From: Acidobacteriota bacterium
GTDB taxonomy: Bacteria; Acidobacteriota; Vicinamibacteria; Vicinamibacterales; UBA2999
NCBI GenBank assembly: GCA_041178345.1
Contig: JBEGVQ010000090.1
Span: 1-62,244, forward strand
DNA: 62,244 nt
Direction: 5' to 3'
In this document: positions 37,436 to 46,536 of the stretch, one piece after another
How positions within the stretch are numbered: position 1 is the first letter of the stretch
Layout: every line of letters begins with the position of its first letter
Made by a program: the position numbers and the translations under genes
The notes under the pieces: generated by a model
Told to the model about the DNA's origin: nothing
Databases searched by the model: none
Seen by the model: the letters and a program-made list of their open reading frames with translations, nothing else

Positions 37436-38553
37436 TGGCGATGCGCCGGCGATTCGTGTTCGCGGTGATCGCGCTGGCCCTGGCGGTGGGCGCCAGCGCC
37501 ACGTCGGCGCAGCGGCCGGCGCGCGTCGGAGCGCCAATCGCCGGAGGCGGCGACCAGCTGCTGTATATCGGCGCCTACGACGGCGCCATTCACATCTTTG
37601 ACGAGGCGACCGACCGGCAGGTCGGCGCGATCAAGCTGGCGACCGGCATACCCCGCTCGCTGACCTTGTCGCAGTCGCACCGCAAGTTCTACGTGCTCGA
37701 CTCGACGCTCGAGAAGATCGAAGTGGTCGATATTGCGACGCGGACCACGGATTCGACCTTCACTCTCAGCGAAGGCAACAAGCAGGTCCGCATCCGCGGC
37801 CTGCAGGTCGACCCGCTCGAGCGGTTCCTGATTCTGCTGACCCGGTCCGCCACCAAGCAGATCGATCGGTGGGAGATCGGCGACATCTCGCTCCAGCTAT
37901 ACGACCTCGCCCAGAAGAAGATCACCCGCACGATTCCGTGGCCGCGGGGCGAGGAACGCGAGGGCGTCAACATCCGCTTCTCGCCAGACGGCAAGCTGCT
38001 CTACTTCTTCGGCGACGATGTGCTGATCCTGGAGACGCAGAACTTCACCGAGGTTGACACCTGGGCGCTCAGCCGGCCCATCGAGCCCGGCCTCGGCCGG
38101 ATCAGCTTCGGGCAGGTCGATGACTTCAACGACGACCCCGGCTTCTTCACCGGCCTGTTCACCATCCAGGATCCGGTGCAGAACCGCCGCATCATGGGCC
38201 TCGGCCGCGTCAACCTGGTCGGCAAGAGCATTGACTTCACGCCGATCGGGCCCGCCGAAGGCGTGGGCTTCGCGATGGCGCCCGACCGCAAGCGCGGCTT
38301 TGGGTTGATGCAGCAGGTCGGCCGCTACGAGTTCTGGGCGTTCGACGTGGCCGCGCGAAAGCTGATTAGCCGCACGCCGTTCGAAGGGCGGCCGCGCATG
38401 GCCATGCGCGTGTCGTCGAACGGACGGCTGCTCTATGTCTTCCAGGCCGGCGAGACCATCGACGTCTACGACTCGACGTCGTACCAGCTGCTGCGCACCA
38501 TCGAGATGACCGCCGACCAGACGACGAACCTGTTCATCCTGCCAAAGCCGTAG
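37435..38553 (+). CDS. qhpB: Quinohemoprotein amine dehydrogenase beta subunit (beta-propeller)
   Basis: Signal peptide, YVTN-like propeller repeats (FSPDGKLLY, SSNGRLLYV, IDVYD); position after qhpC. Confidence 0.82.
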   Translation: MAMRRRFVFAVIALALAVGASATSAQRPARVGAPIAGGGDQLLYIGAYDGAIHIFDEATDRQVGAIKLATGIPRSLTLSQSHRKFYVLDSTLEKIEVVDIATRTTDSTFTLSEGNKQVRIRGLQVDPLERFLILLTRSATKQIDRWEIGDISLQLYDLAQKKITRTIPWPRGEEREGVNIRFSPDGKLLYFFGDDVLILETQNFTEVDTWALSRPIEPGLGRISFGQVDDFNDDPGFFTGLFTIQDPVQNRRIMGLGRVNLVGKSIDFTPIGPAEGVGFAMAPDRKRGFGLMQQVGRYEFWAFDVAARKLISRTPFEGRPRMAMRVSSNGRLLYVFQAGETIDVYDSTSYQLLRTIEMTADQTTNLFILPKP

Positions 38554-38556
38554 CAC

Positions 38557-40284
38557 GTGGACCGACGCGCGTTCGCCTATCTCGTTCCATACTGGCGGCG
38601 CCTTGTCCTGGTGCTCGTCATCAGCCTGATCAGCACGGCCGCCACCCTGGCGATGCCGTACTTGTCGAAGGATCTCATCGACCACGCGCTCATTGGCCGC
38701 GACGCCGACGCCCTTCGCCGCATCGTCCTGATGTTCGCGGGGCTCGGGGTGGTGGGCTTTGGGTTGAACGTGGTGAGCGGCCTGCGCTACACCCGGGTCT
38801 CGGCGGAGATCCTGTTCGACATGCGGCTGTCGATGTACGCGCATCTCCAGCGGCTCTCGCCCCGCTTCTACGCCCGCACCCGTCTGGGCGACATCGTGTC
38901 GCGCCTGAACAACGACATCAGCGAGATCCAGCGGGTCGCGGCCGAGGCGGCGCTGGCCTGGGTCGGCAACGTGCTGTTCCTGGCCGGCAGCCTGGTGATG
39001 ATGGTCTGGCTCGATTGGCGGCTGTCGCTGGTTGCGCTGGCGCCCCTGCCGATCAGCCTGATCGCCCTCGGCTTTTACCGTCGCCGGCTCGAAGGCCGCA
39101 TCGCCGATCTGCGACAGCGCAGCAGCGACATCGGCAGCTTCCTGATCGAGACGCTGCAGGCGACGTCGCTGGTGGTCGCCTCCAACGCCCAGGCCCGCGA
39201 GCGCGCGCGCTTCGGCGGGCTGAACGGCGCCTTCATCGACGCGCTGATGCGCATGCAGCGCGTGACCTACTTTGCCGGCGGCCTGCCCGGCACGGTGCTG
39301 TCCATCGGCTCAGCGATCGCGTTCTTCTATGGCGGCATGCGCGTGATTGACGGCACGTTGACGCTGGGCACGATGGGAGCCTTCCTGGCCTACCAGATGC
39401 GGGTGTTCGCGCCGGCGCAGGCCCTGATGGGGCTCTACGCCAGTCTCACCACAGCCAAGGTGTCGTGGAACCGGGTGCGCGAGATCCTCGATGCGCCGGT
39501 GGACGTGCAAGAGCGGCAGGACGCCCGGGCCCTGCCACACTGCCGGGGCGAGGTGCAGTTCGAGTCCGTGACGCTCGGGACCGATCGCCAGTCGGTCGTT
39601 CTTGATGCGGTGGCGTTCACGGCGCGGCCGGGTGAGTGCGTGGCGCTGGTCGGCGGCAGTGGTGTCGGCAAGAGCACCCTGGCTTACCTCGCCACCCGGC
39701 TGCTCGATCCAGACAGCGGTGTGGTGCGCCTCGATGGGCACGACCTGCGCGATCTGCAACTCGACGACCTCCGCCGGCACGTCGTCCTGGTGGAGCAGGA
39801 ACCGACGCTGTTCCATGCCAGCGTCGCCGACAACATCCGCTACGTCAGGCCGGCGGCGACCGACGCCGAAGTGATGCGGGCGGCCGAGGCCTCGGGCATT
39901 GCCCGGTTCATCGCCGCGCTGCCCAACGGGTTTGCGACGCTGGTGGGCGAACGCGGGCTCGCCCTGTCGGCCGGCGAACGGCAGCGCATTGCGCTGGCGC
40001 GGGCGTTTCTGGCCGACCCGGCAGTCCTGGTCCTGGACGAACCAACCGCGGCGCTTGACGCGATCGCCCAGCGCCAGGTCATCGAGGGCTACCAGGCGGT
40101 GATGAAGGGCCGCACGACGCTGCTGATCACGCATCGCCGCGAGCTGGCGATGGCCGCCGATCGCGTGGTCGTGCTCGAGGGCGCCCGGGTGGCAGACGAG
40201 GGCCGGCCTCAGGAACTGGCCGGCCGGTCCGGGGTGTTCGCGCGGCTGTTCGAGATCGATCACCCGGCGGGCATCGACGCATGA
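38557..40284 (+). CDS. qhpF: ABC transporter (fused TMD-NBD), QhpF-like exporter of the gamma subunit
   Basis: 6-TM domain + GGSGVGKS, LSAGERQRIALAR, VLDEPT; cluster context. Confidence 0.85.
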   Translation: MDRRAFAYLVPYWRRLVLVLVISLISTAATLAMPYLSKDLIDHALIGRDADALRRIVLMFAGLGVVGFGLNVVSGLRYTRVSAEILFDMRLSMYAHLQRLSPRFYARTRLGDIVSRLNNDISEIQRVAAEAALAWVGNVLFLAGSLVMMVWLDWRLSLVALAPLPISLIALGFYRRRLEGRIADLRQRSSDIGSFLIETLQATSLVVASNAQARERARFGGLNGAFIDALMRMQRVTYFAGGLPGTVLSIGSAIAFFYGGMRVIDGTLTLGTMGAFLAYQMRVFAPAQALMGLYASLTTAKVSWNRVREILDAPVDVQERQDARALPHCRGEVQFESVTLGTDRQSVVLDAVAFTARPGECVALVGGSGVGKSTLAYLATRLLDPDSGVVRLDGHDLRDLQLDDLRRHVVLVEQEPTLFHASVADNIRYVRPAATDAEVMRAAEASGIARFIAALPNGFATLVGERGLALSAGERQRIALARAFLADPAVLVLDEPTAALDAIAQRQVIEGYQAVMKGRTTLLITHRRELAMAADRVVVLEGARVADEGRPQELAGRSGVFARLFEIDHPAGIDA

Positions 40285-40964
40285 CCCGGCTGGTCAGGGT
40301 CGTCCTGATCGACAGCGGCGTGCACGCGGCCCATCCCCACGTGGGTGGTGTCAGCGGCGGGGTTGGGATCGATTCAGCGGGAGAGTTGCACGCCGACTTC
40401 GTCGATCGCCTGGGCCACGGCACGGCGGTGGCGGCGGTCGTGCGCGAGAAGGCGCCGGCGGCCGAGATCCTGGTCGCCAAGGTGTTCGATCGCGAGTTGG
40501 CCGCCACCGGGCCGGCGCTCGTGTCCGCGTGCGAGTGGGCGCTCCAGCAACGCGCCGACGTCGTGAACCTCAGTCTTGGCACCACCAACACGCAACACGA
40601 AGGCGCGCTGGCCTCGGTGGTCAGCCGGCTGCGCGAGTCCGGTGCGGCCATCATCGCGGCGGGCCCGCAAGACGGTGTCGCGTGGCTGCCCGGGAGCTTG
40701 CCCCGCGTCTGGAGCGTGACCCTTGACTGGGCCCTGCCGCGAGAGCACTGCCGTGTGGTCGTGAGTCCGGCCCGTGAGGTGTCCTTCGCGGCCTCGGGCT
40801 TTCCGCGGCCGATTCCTGGCGTGCCGCCGGAGAAGAACCTGAAGGGCCTGAGCTTCGCCGTCGCCAACGTCAGCGGCCTGGTCGCGGAGTTATTGGCGAC
40901 CGGCGAGGGCGCCGATCCGGTCGATGTGCTCACGCGAGCGGTATCGAGCGGATGGATGGGCTGA
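40281..40964 (+). CDS. qhpE: Small S8 subtilisin-like protease, QhpE-like leader peptidase
   Basis: IDSG (Asp), GHGTAV (His), GLSFA (Ser), VVNLSLG; no signal or propeptide. Confidence 0.85.
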   Translation: MTRLVRVVLIDSGVHAAHPHVGGVSGGVGIDSAGELHADFVDRLGHGTAVAAVVREKAPAAEILVAKVFDRELAATGPALVSACEWALQQRADVVNLSLGTTNTQHEGALASVVSRLRESGAAIIAAGPQDGVAWLPGSLPRVWSVTLDWALPREHCRVVVSPAREVSFAASGFPRPIPGVPPEKNLKGLSFAVANVSGLVAELLATGEGADPVDVLTRAVSSGWMG

Positions 40965-40971
40965 CGCCGGT

Positions 40972-43194
40972 ATGCCACTCGTTCTCGTTCTTTTGATGCT
41001 GAGTCTCGCCCGCTCCGCTGACGCCCAGACCGCCGCCGGCCCCGCCATTGTCAGCCGCACGGCAAACGACAACGTGACGGTGCGCGCCGTGCGCGTCACC
41101 GAGCCATTACGCATCGACGGCCGCCTCGACGAACGCGTTTATGCCGGCGTGGAGTCGATCACCGGCTTCATCCAGCAGGAACCGCAGGAAGGCCAGCCGG
41201 CCACCGAGAAGACCGAGGCGTGGATCCTGTTTGACGATGTGAACCTGTACATCAGCGCGAGGAACTGGAACTCGCAGCAAGAACGCGAGATCGCCAACGA
41301 GCTGCGCCGCGACAACAGCAATATCCTCGGCAACGACAACTTCACGTTCGTGATCGACCCGCTGCACGATCGCCGCAACGGCTACCTGTTTCAGACCAAC
41401 CCCCTCGGCGCCTTGCGCGACATGACGGTCACCGACGACCAGCAGAACTCGGCGTGGAATGGCATCTGGTACGTGAAGACCGGCCATTTCGAGAACGGCT
41501 GGACCATGGAAGTGGCCATCCCCTTCAAGTCGCTGCGCTACAGCGGCAGCGGACCGCAGACCTGGGGCATCAACCTGCGCCGCCTGGTGAAATGGAAGAA
41601 CGAGTTCTCGTACCTGTCGCTCGTGCCGGCGGCGCTTGGCACGGTCGGGGTGAGCCGCATGGCGTCGGCCGCGACGGTGGTCGGCATCGAGACGCCGGCA
41701 GAATCCAAGAACATCGAGCTCAAGCCGTATGCGGTCGCTTCGTCCACCACCAACCGGACCGCGACGCGGCCGTTCGACAACGACGGCGACTTCAACGCCG
41801 GCCTGGACTTCAAGTACGGCCTGACGCGCAGCCTGATTCTCGACGCGACCTATCGCACGGACTTTGCGCAGGTGGAGGAGGACCTCCAGCAGATCAACCT
41901 CACGCGCTTCAGCGTCTTCTTTCCCGAGAAGCGGGACTTCTTCATCGAGGGGCAGGGCATCTTCGACTTCGGCGGCGTGCAGGCGGGCAACAGTCCTGGC
42001 GACGTGCCGCTGCTGTTTTTCAGCCGCCAGATCGGGATCAGCCGGGGCCAGGCGGTGCCCGTGCTCGGCGGCGCGCGGCTGACCGGCCGCCAGGGTCCCT
42101 TCAGCATTGGTGTCCTCAACATCCAGACCGACGACGAGCCGTCGGCGCGGGCGGTGTCGACCAACTTTTCGGCCCTGCGCGTGAAGCGCAACCTGCTGCG
42201 GCGCAGCAACGTGGGCGTGATGGCGACGCGCCGTGGTCCGGCCATCGGCGGCACCGGCGCGCCCAGCTACACCTTTGGCGCGGATGCCACGCTGTTGTTC
42301 TTCAAGAGCATCAACGTGACCAGCTATTACGCCATGACCAGCGTGCCGGGCCGGACCGGCGGCGCCGTGACCGGCACGAGCTATCGCGGCCGCTTCGACT
42401 ACACCGACGATCGCTATGGTGCATCCGCCGAGCACATGTTGATCGACAAGACCTTCGCGCCAGAGGTCGGTTACGTCAGGCGCACCGACGTGCGGCGAAG
42501 CTTGGGCCAGGCGCGCTTCAGTCCGCGGCCTCGCGCGAGCACACTCGTTCGCAAGTACACGTGGCAGGGCAGCGTGGACTACGTCACCGATGCGTCGGCG
42601 ACCACCCTGCAAAGCCGCGAAGTGTCGGGCTTGTTTCGGATCGACTTTCAGTCGAGCGACCAGGCCAGCGTGGACGTATCGCGCGAGTACGAGCTGCTGC
42701 CCGCCCCGTTTGTCATCTCGCCGGGTGTCGTCGTGCCGGCGGGCGGCTACACCTATGGTGCGGTGCGGCTGGGTTACACGCTGGGGCAGCAGCGCAAGGT
42801 CTCGGGCCGGCTGTCGGCCGCCACCGGCACGTTGTATGGCGGGACGAAGTCGGACGTGTCGTACAGCGGGCGCTGGGGCGTCTCGCCACGGTTCTCGCTC
42901 GAGCCGAGCGTCGCGCTCAATTGGGTCCGTTTGCCGTACGGCAACTTCACCGCCCGGTTGGTGAGCTCGCGCTTCACCATCACGCCGGGCGCGCGGATGC
43001 TGATCAGCAGCCTGGTCCAGTTCAATGTTGATACCGAGACCCTGAGCTCAAGTGCGCGGTTGCGGTGGGAATACACCGGTGGCAGCGAAGTGTTCGTGGT
43101 CTACAGCGACGGCCGCGACACCGCGGCCGCCGGCTTTCCGCTGCTGCAGAACCGGACCGTGGCGGTCAAGGCGACGCGGCTCCTGCGGTTCTAG
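40972..43194 (+). CDS. DUF5916-like outer-membrane protein with N-terminal CBM9-like domain
   Basis: Signal peptide, IDGRLDE, GWTMEVAIPFKSLRY, DFAQVE, NLTRFS.FFPEKRDFF, LFFSR.IG; alternating beta-strands; C-terminal Phe. Confidence 0.82.
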   Translation: MPLVLVLLMLSLARSADAQTAAGPAIVSRTANDNVTVRAVRVTEPLRIDGRLDERVYAGVESITGFIQQEPQEGQPATEKTEAWILFDDVNLYISARNWNSQQEREIANELRRDNSNILGNDNFTFVIDPLHDRRNGYLFQTNPLGALRDMTVTDDQQNSAWNGIWYVKTGHFENGWTMEVAIPFKSLRYSGSGPQTWGINLRRLVKWKNEFSYLSLVPAALGTVGVSRMASAATVVGIETPAESKNIELKPYAVASSTTNRTATRPFDNDGDFNAGLDFKYGLTRSLILDATYRTDFAQVEEDLQQINLTRFSVFFPEKRDFFIEGQGIFDFGGVQAGNSPGDVPLLFFSRQIGISRGQAVPVLGGARLTGRQGPFSIGVLNIQTDDEPSARAVSTNFSALRVKRNLLRRSNVGVMATRRGPAIGGTGAPSYTFGADATLLFFKSINVTSYYAMTSVPGRTGGAVTGTSYRGRFDYTDDRYGASAEHMLIDKTFAPEVGYVRRTDVRRSLGQARFSPRPRASTLVRKYTWQGSVDYVTDASATTLQSREVSGLFRIDFQSSDQASVDVSREYELLPAPFVISPGVVVPAGGYTYGAVRLGYTLGQQRKVSGRLSAATGTLYGGTKSDVSYSGRWGVSPRFSLEPSVALNWVRLPYGNFTARLVSSRFTITPGARMLISSLVQFNVDTETLSSSARLRWEYTGGSEVFVVYSDGRDTAAAGFPLLQNRTVAVKATRLLRF

Positions 43195-43253
43195 CCCGAG
43201 ACACCGTTACCGAGAAACTGGCCGCAGGGCTCCCGTGGGTTACCATCCCGTGC

Positions 43254-43763
43254 ATGACCATCCGCCGTGGCACAGCCGCGGATGCCCCGGCCCTGGCCAT
43301 CCTGGCGCGCGACACGTTCTTCGACACGTTTGCGTCCACCAACGACGCGACCGACATGGCCCTTCACCTGCAACGGGCCTACGGCGTCGAGCAGCAAACC
43401 GCCGAGCTGACCGACCCGGGCGTGATCACGCTGCTCGTTGACGAGGGCGAGCGGGCCGTCGCCTATGCGCAGTTGAGGACCGGCGATCAGCCCGAATGCG
43501 TCACCGGCCCGCGGCCCATGGAGTTGTGGCGGTTCTACGTCGATCGGGACTGGCACGGCCAGGGCGTGGCCCAGCAGTTGATGGCGCGCGTGGTGGCCGA
43601 GGCCGGCCAGGCGGGCGCCCAGACCCTGTGGCTCGGCGTGTGGGAGCGCAACCCGCGGGCGCTGGCGTTCTACGGTAAATGGGGTTTCGCTGACGTTGGC
43701 GAGCACGTATTCTTGTTCGGCACCGATCCGCAGACCGATCGCGTCATGACCAGGCCCTTATGA
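43254..43763 (+). CDS. GNAT N-acetyltransferase (PaiA/spermidine acetyltransferase-like)
   Basis: TF.DTF, EL.RFYV...WHGQGVAQQLM, WLGVWERN.RA.AFY.KWGF, F.FG.D.QTD. Confidence 0.9.
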   Translation: MTIRRGTAADAPALAILARDTFFDTFASTNDATDMALHLQRAYGVEQQTAELTDPGVITLLVDEGERAVAYAQLRTGDQPECVTGPRPMELWRFYVDRDWHGQGVAQQLMARVVAEAGQAGAQTLWLGVWERNPRALAFYGKWGFADVGEHVFLFGTDPQTDRVMTRPL

Positions 43764-44779
43764 AGACACGCCGAGCAACCCGCAGAATCGTGGTGTTGAG
43801 CATTGTCGCCACCGGCGTCATCTGGTTCCAGGTCGCGGGGCGGTTCGAGGCGAGTCGCATTGATGATCAGCGCGAATCGCGTCCGGCGACCCAGGCCCGT
43901 ACGGCGAGCCTGCGCGTCGACAGCGACCGGCTGATGGAGGTGGTGACGACCCTGTCGGATCCGAAGTTCGAGGGGCGGGCCGCCGGGTCCCCGGGCGGGA
44001 TCGCCGCGCGCGCCTGGGTCCTGGAACGGTTCAAGGCCATTGGCCTGCAGCCGGTGTCGGGCAGCTACGTGTTTCCCTTCACGTTCACGCGCATGACCGC
44101 GAAGGGCCGCGTCGACGGCAGCGGCGCCAACGTGGTTGGCCAATGCGTGGGCACCGACACCAAGGCCCCGATCTTCGTCGTCTCCGCGCACTACGATCAT
44201 CTCGGGGTGCGCGACGGCGTGATTCATCCCGGCGCCGATGACGACGCGTCGGGCGTGGCGGTGATGATGGCGGTGGCGGAATACTGCCGCAAGACGCCGT
44301 TCCGGCGGACCGTGGTCTTTGCCGCGTTCGATGCGGAGGAAGCCGGGCTGCAGGGCGCCAAGGTGTTTGTCGCGTCGCCGCCATTCCCGAAAGAGCGCAT
44401 CGTCCTCAACGTCAACCTCGACATGGTGAGCCGCAACGACCAGCGGGAAATCTTCATTGCCGGGACGTATCCATGGCCGCAGTTGAAGGCGCCGCTCGAG
44501 CAGGTCGCGAAGCGCGCCCCGATCACCGTGTTGTTCGGCCACGACAAGCCGGTGGCGATTGCGGGTGGCGTCGATGATTGGACCAACCAGTCGGACCACG
44601 GCCCCTTCAACGCCGCGAAGATTCCGTTCGTGTACTTCGGCGTCGAGGACCACGCCGACTATCACCAGCCGACCGACACCGCCGACAAGATCAATCGCGG
44701 GTTCTTTGTGGATGTGGCCGAGACGGTGCTCGACGCGGTGCTGCAGCTGGATGCGGCCTTTGCTGCGCCACCGAAGTAG
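43760..44779 (+). CDS. M28 family metallopeptidase
   Basis: SAHYDHLG, GADDDASG, DAEE.GL.G, NLDMV, SDH, DYH.PTD. Confidence 0.92.
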   Translation: MKTRRATRRIVVLSIVATGVIWFQVAGRFEASRIDDQRESRPATQARTASLRVDSDRLMEVVTTLSDPKFEGRAAGSPGGIAARAWVLERFKAIGLQPVSGSYVFPFTFTRMTAKGRVDGSGANVVGQCVGTDTKAPIFVVSAHYDHLGVRDGVIHPGADDDASGVAVMMAVAEYCRKTPFRRTVVFAAFDAEEAGLQGAKVFVASPPFPKERIVLNVNLDMVSRNDQREIFIAGTYPWPQLKAPLEQVAKRAPITVLFGHDKPVAIAGGVDDWTNQSDHGPFNAAKIPFVYFGVEDHADYHQPTDTADKINRGFFVDVAETVLDAVLQLDAAFAAPPK

Positions 44780-44796
44780 GCGGAACAGGAGCGCGC

Positions 44797-45441
44797 ATGG
44801 AGGCCTTGTTCGATGCCATCAAGAAGGGGCAGGTCGAGGAGGTCCGGCGCCTGGTCGCCGCCACGCCGGCGTTGGCCGGGGCGCGCGATGCCAATGGCGT
44901 GTCGGCCATCCTGATCGCGGCCTATCACGGGAAGCGCGACGTGGCCGCGGCACTGGTCGAGATGGGTGCGCCGGTCGACATCTTCGAGGCCAGCGCGCTC
45001 GGCCTGGTGGACCACATCACCGCGCTTGTGGCCGCCGCCCCGGGCCTGGCCTCGGCGTACGCCCAGGATGGGTTTTATCCGCTCGGCCTGGCCGCGTTCT
45101 TTGGGCACCTCGACGCCGTCCGCGCCCTGATCGCCGCCGGGGCCGATGTCCGGGCCACGGCGAAGAATCCGTTCAAGGTGCAGCCCGTTCATGCCGCCGC
45201 GGCCAGCCGCAACCTGGACATCCTGCGCGCGGTGCTCGAAGCGGGCGGGGACCCCAACGTCCCCCAGCAACAGGGCTTCGTCCCCCTGCACGAGGCCGCC
45301 ACCAACGGGAATCGCAAGATGGCGGAACTGTTGATCAAGCACGGCGCAGATCCGCGCCTGGCCAACGAAGCCGGCAAGACGAGCATCGACCTGGCCCACG
45401 AAAAAGGCCACCCCGAACTTGCCGAATGGATGATTGGATGA
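44797..45441 (+). CDS. Ankyrin repeat protein
   Basis: DG.YPL.LAAFFGH, QPVHAAAA, G.VPLHEAA.NG repeats. Confidence 0.9.
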   Translation: MEALFDAIKKGQVEEVRRLVAATPALAGARDANGVSAILIAAYHGKRDVAAALVEMGAPVDIFEASALGLVDHITALVAAAPGLASAYAQDGFYPLGLAAFFGHLDAVRALIAAGADVRATAKNPFKVQPVHAAAASRNLDILRAVLEAGGDPNVPQQQGFVPLHEAATNGNRKMAELLIKHGADPRLANEAGKTSIDLAHEKGHPELAEWMIG

Positions 45442-45466
45442 TTGGGGCCAGGCCCCCAAATTCACC
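45440..45466 (+). repeat. Left REP-like inverted repeat of RAYT element
   Basis: GATTGGGGCCAGGCCCCCAAATTCACC; internal GGGGCC/GGCCCC palindrome; exact reverse complement of 46450-46476. Confidence 0.9.
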
Positions 45467-45470
45467 GATC

Positions 45471-46319
45471 CTAACAACTGCGCTTCTTCAGCGCTCGAAC
45501 GATCCGGCTCAGGGTGTTGGGATGGACGCGAATTGCATGTGCAATCTCGGACAAGCGGTAACCATGCACGACGTGGGCGCGTACCACCTGCTCGTCGCGT
45601 TCGGTCTTTGTTAGCGGTGGTTCGAAGATCTCCGAAAGATTTGGACGGGCAAGTGCCTTGTAAGACCGCGGGAGCCGGACCTGGTGATGCCGCGCCCCAA
45701 GCTCACTGCGAATCGTCGCCTCGAGCTGCGGGCTGCCGAACACGTCTGCCTCGGTGATCTCCGACATTGCGGTTGGCGCCGTCAGCAGGTCGCGATAACG
45801 GCGTTGCGACTCGTGCCGGGTCTTGCCACCTAGCGCCCAATCTAGCCATTCGAGGCGAAGCAAGGCAGGAGGCTCGTCGAGTCCGGCCGTCGCCCGAAAG
45901 CTACTCCATGGCCATTCCGCAGGATGGCTGACTAGGCCGGCGGCGACCGGGTTCAGAACGACATAAAGGTTGGCATTCCAGAGGTAAATATCGTTGTCGA
46001 TGACGATCGACCTGAACCGCCCTTCCAGCACATGTCCGGTTCGGCCGTGGCGCAGGTTCGACGCTTGCGCAAACACGCCGTTGACGAAATGCATGGCGTC
46101 GGAGAGGTTGCGGTCTGCCGTCTCAATGACTGCGTGATAGTGGTTGCCCATAAGGCAATAGGACAAGCACCCAAGTCGATAGCGTTCCGATGCCTCGGTC
46201 AACACCTCTAGAAACCGCCGGCGATCGATGTCGTCATCAAAGATGATCCCCTTTCGATTTCCTCTGGCCATGACGTGGTAGATAGCGCCGGTCAACTGGA
46301 TGCGTGGAGGTCGAGCCAT
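45471..46319 (-). mobile_element. REP-associated tyrosine transposase (RAYT, Y1 HUH) with C-terminal HTH
   Basis: MARPPR, YHVMARGN, YCLMGNHYH (HUH), GHV..GRF.S, YVVLNPV.AG, WPWSS, C-terminal GYRLSEIA..I.VH..TLSR; visibly more AT-rich than flanks. Confidence 0.92.
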
Positions 46320-46449
46320 GCTGCGGAGACATTCAAAGCGCGGGCCTGCTTCAAAGTCTCGAATTCAGGAGGGTTTCAGCGACCGGGTTGTGCCAAGGAT
46401 GCAGAAATATCGACAGCCAACGCAATCCGACATCTCAATAATTGCGCGT

Positions 46450-46536
46450 GGTGAATTTGGGGGCCTGGCCCCAATCCACCATTTGGTGAAAATGGGGGTC
46501 AGGCCCCCAGGCGGTGATCAGGCCCCCAGGCGGTGA
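46450..46536. repeat. Right REP-like repeats of RAYT element plus 19-bp tandem duplication
   Basis: GGTGAATTTGGGGGCCTGGCCCCAATC (46450-46476), variant GGTGAAAATGGGGGTCAGGCCCCCA (46485-46509), TCAGGCCCCCAGGCGGTGA x2 (46499-46536). Confidence 0.88.

Noticed and set aside
46450-46536. CRISPR array
   Set aside because: Only 2-3 irregular repeat copies without unique spacers of regular length, and no cas genes; explained as RAYT-associated repeats
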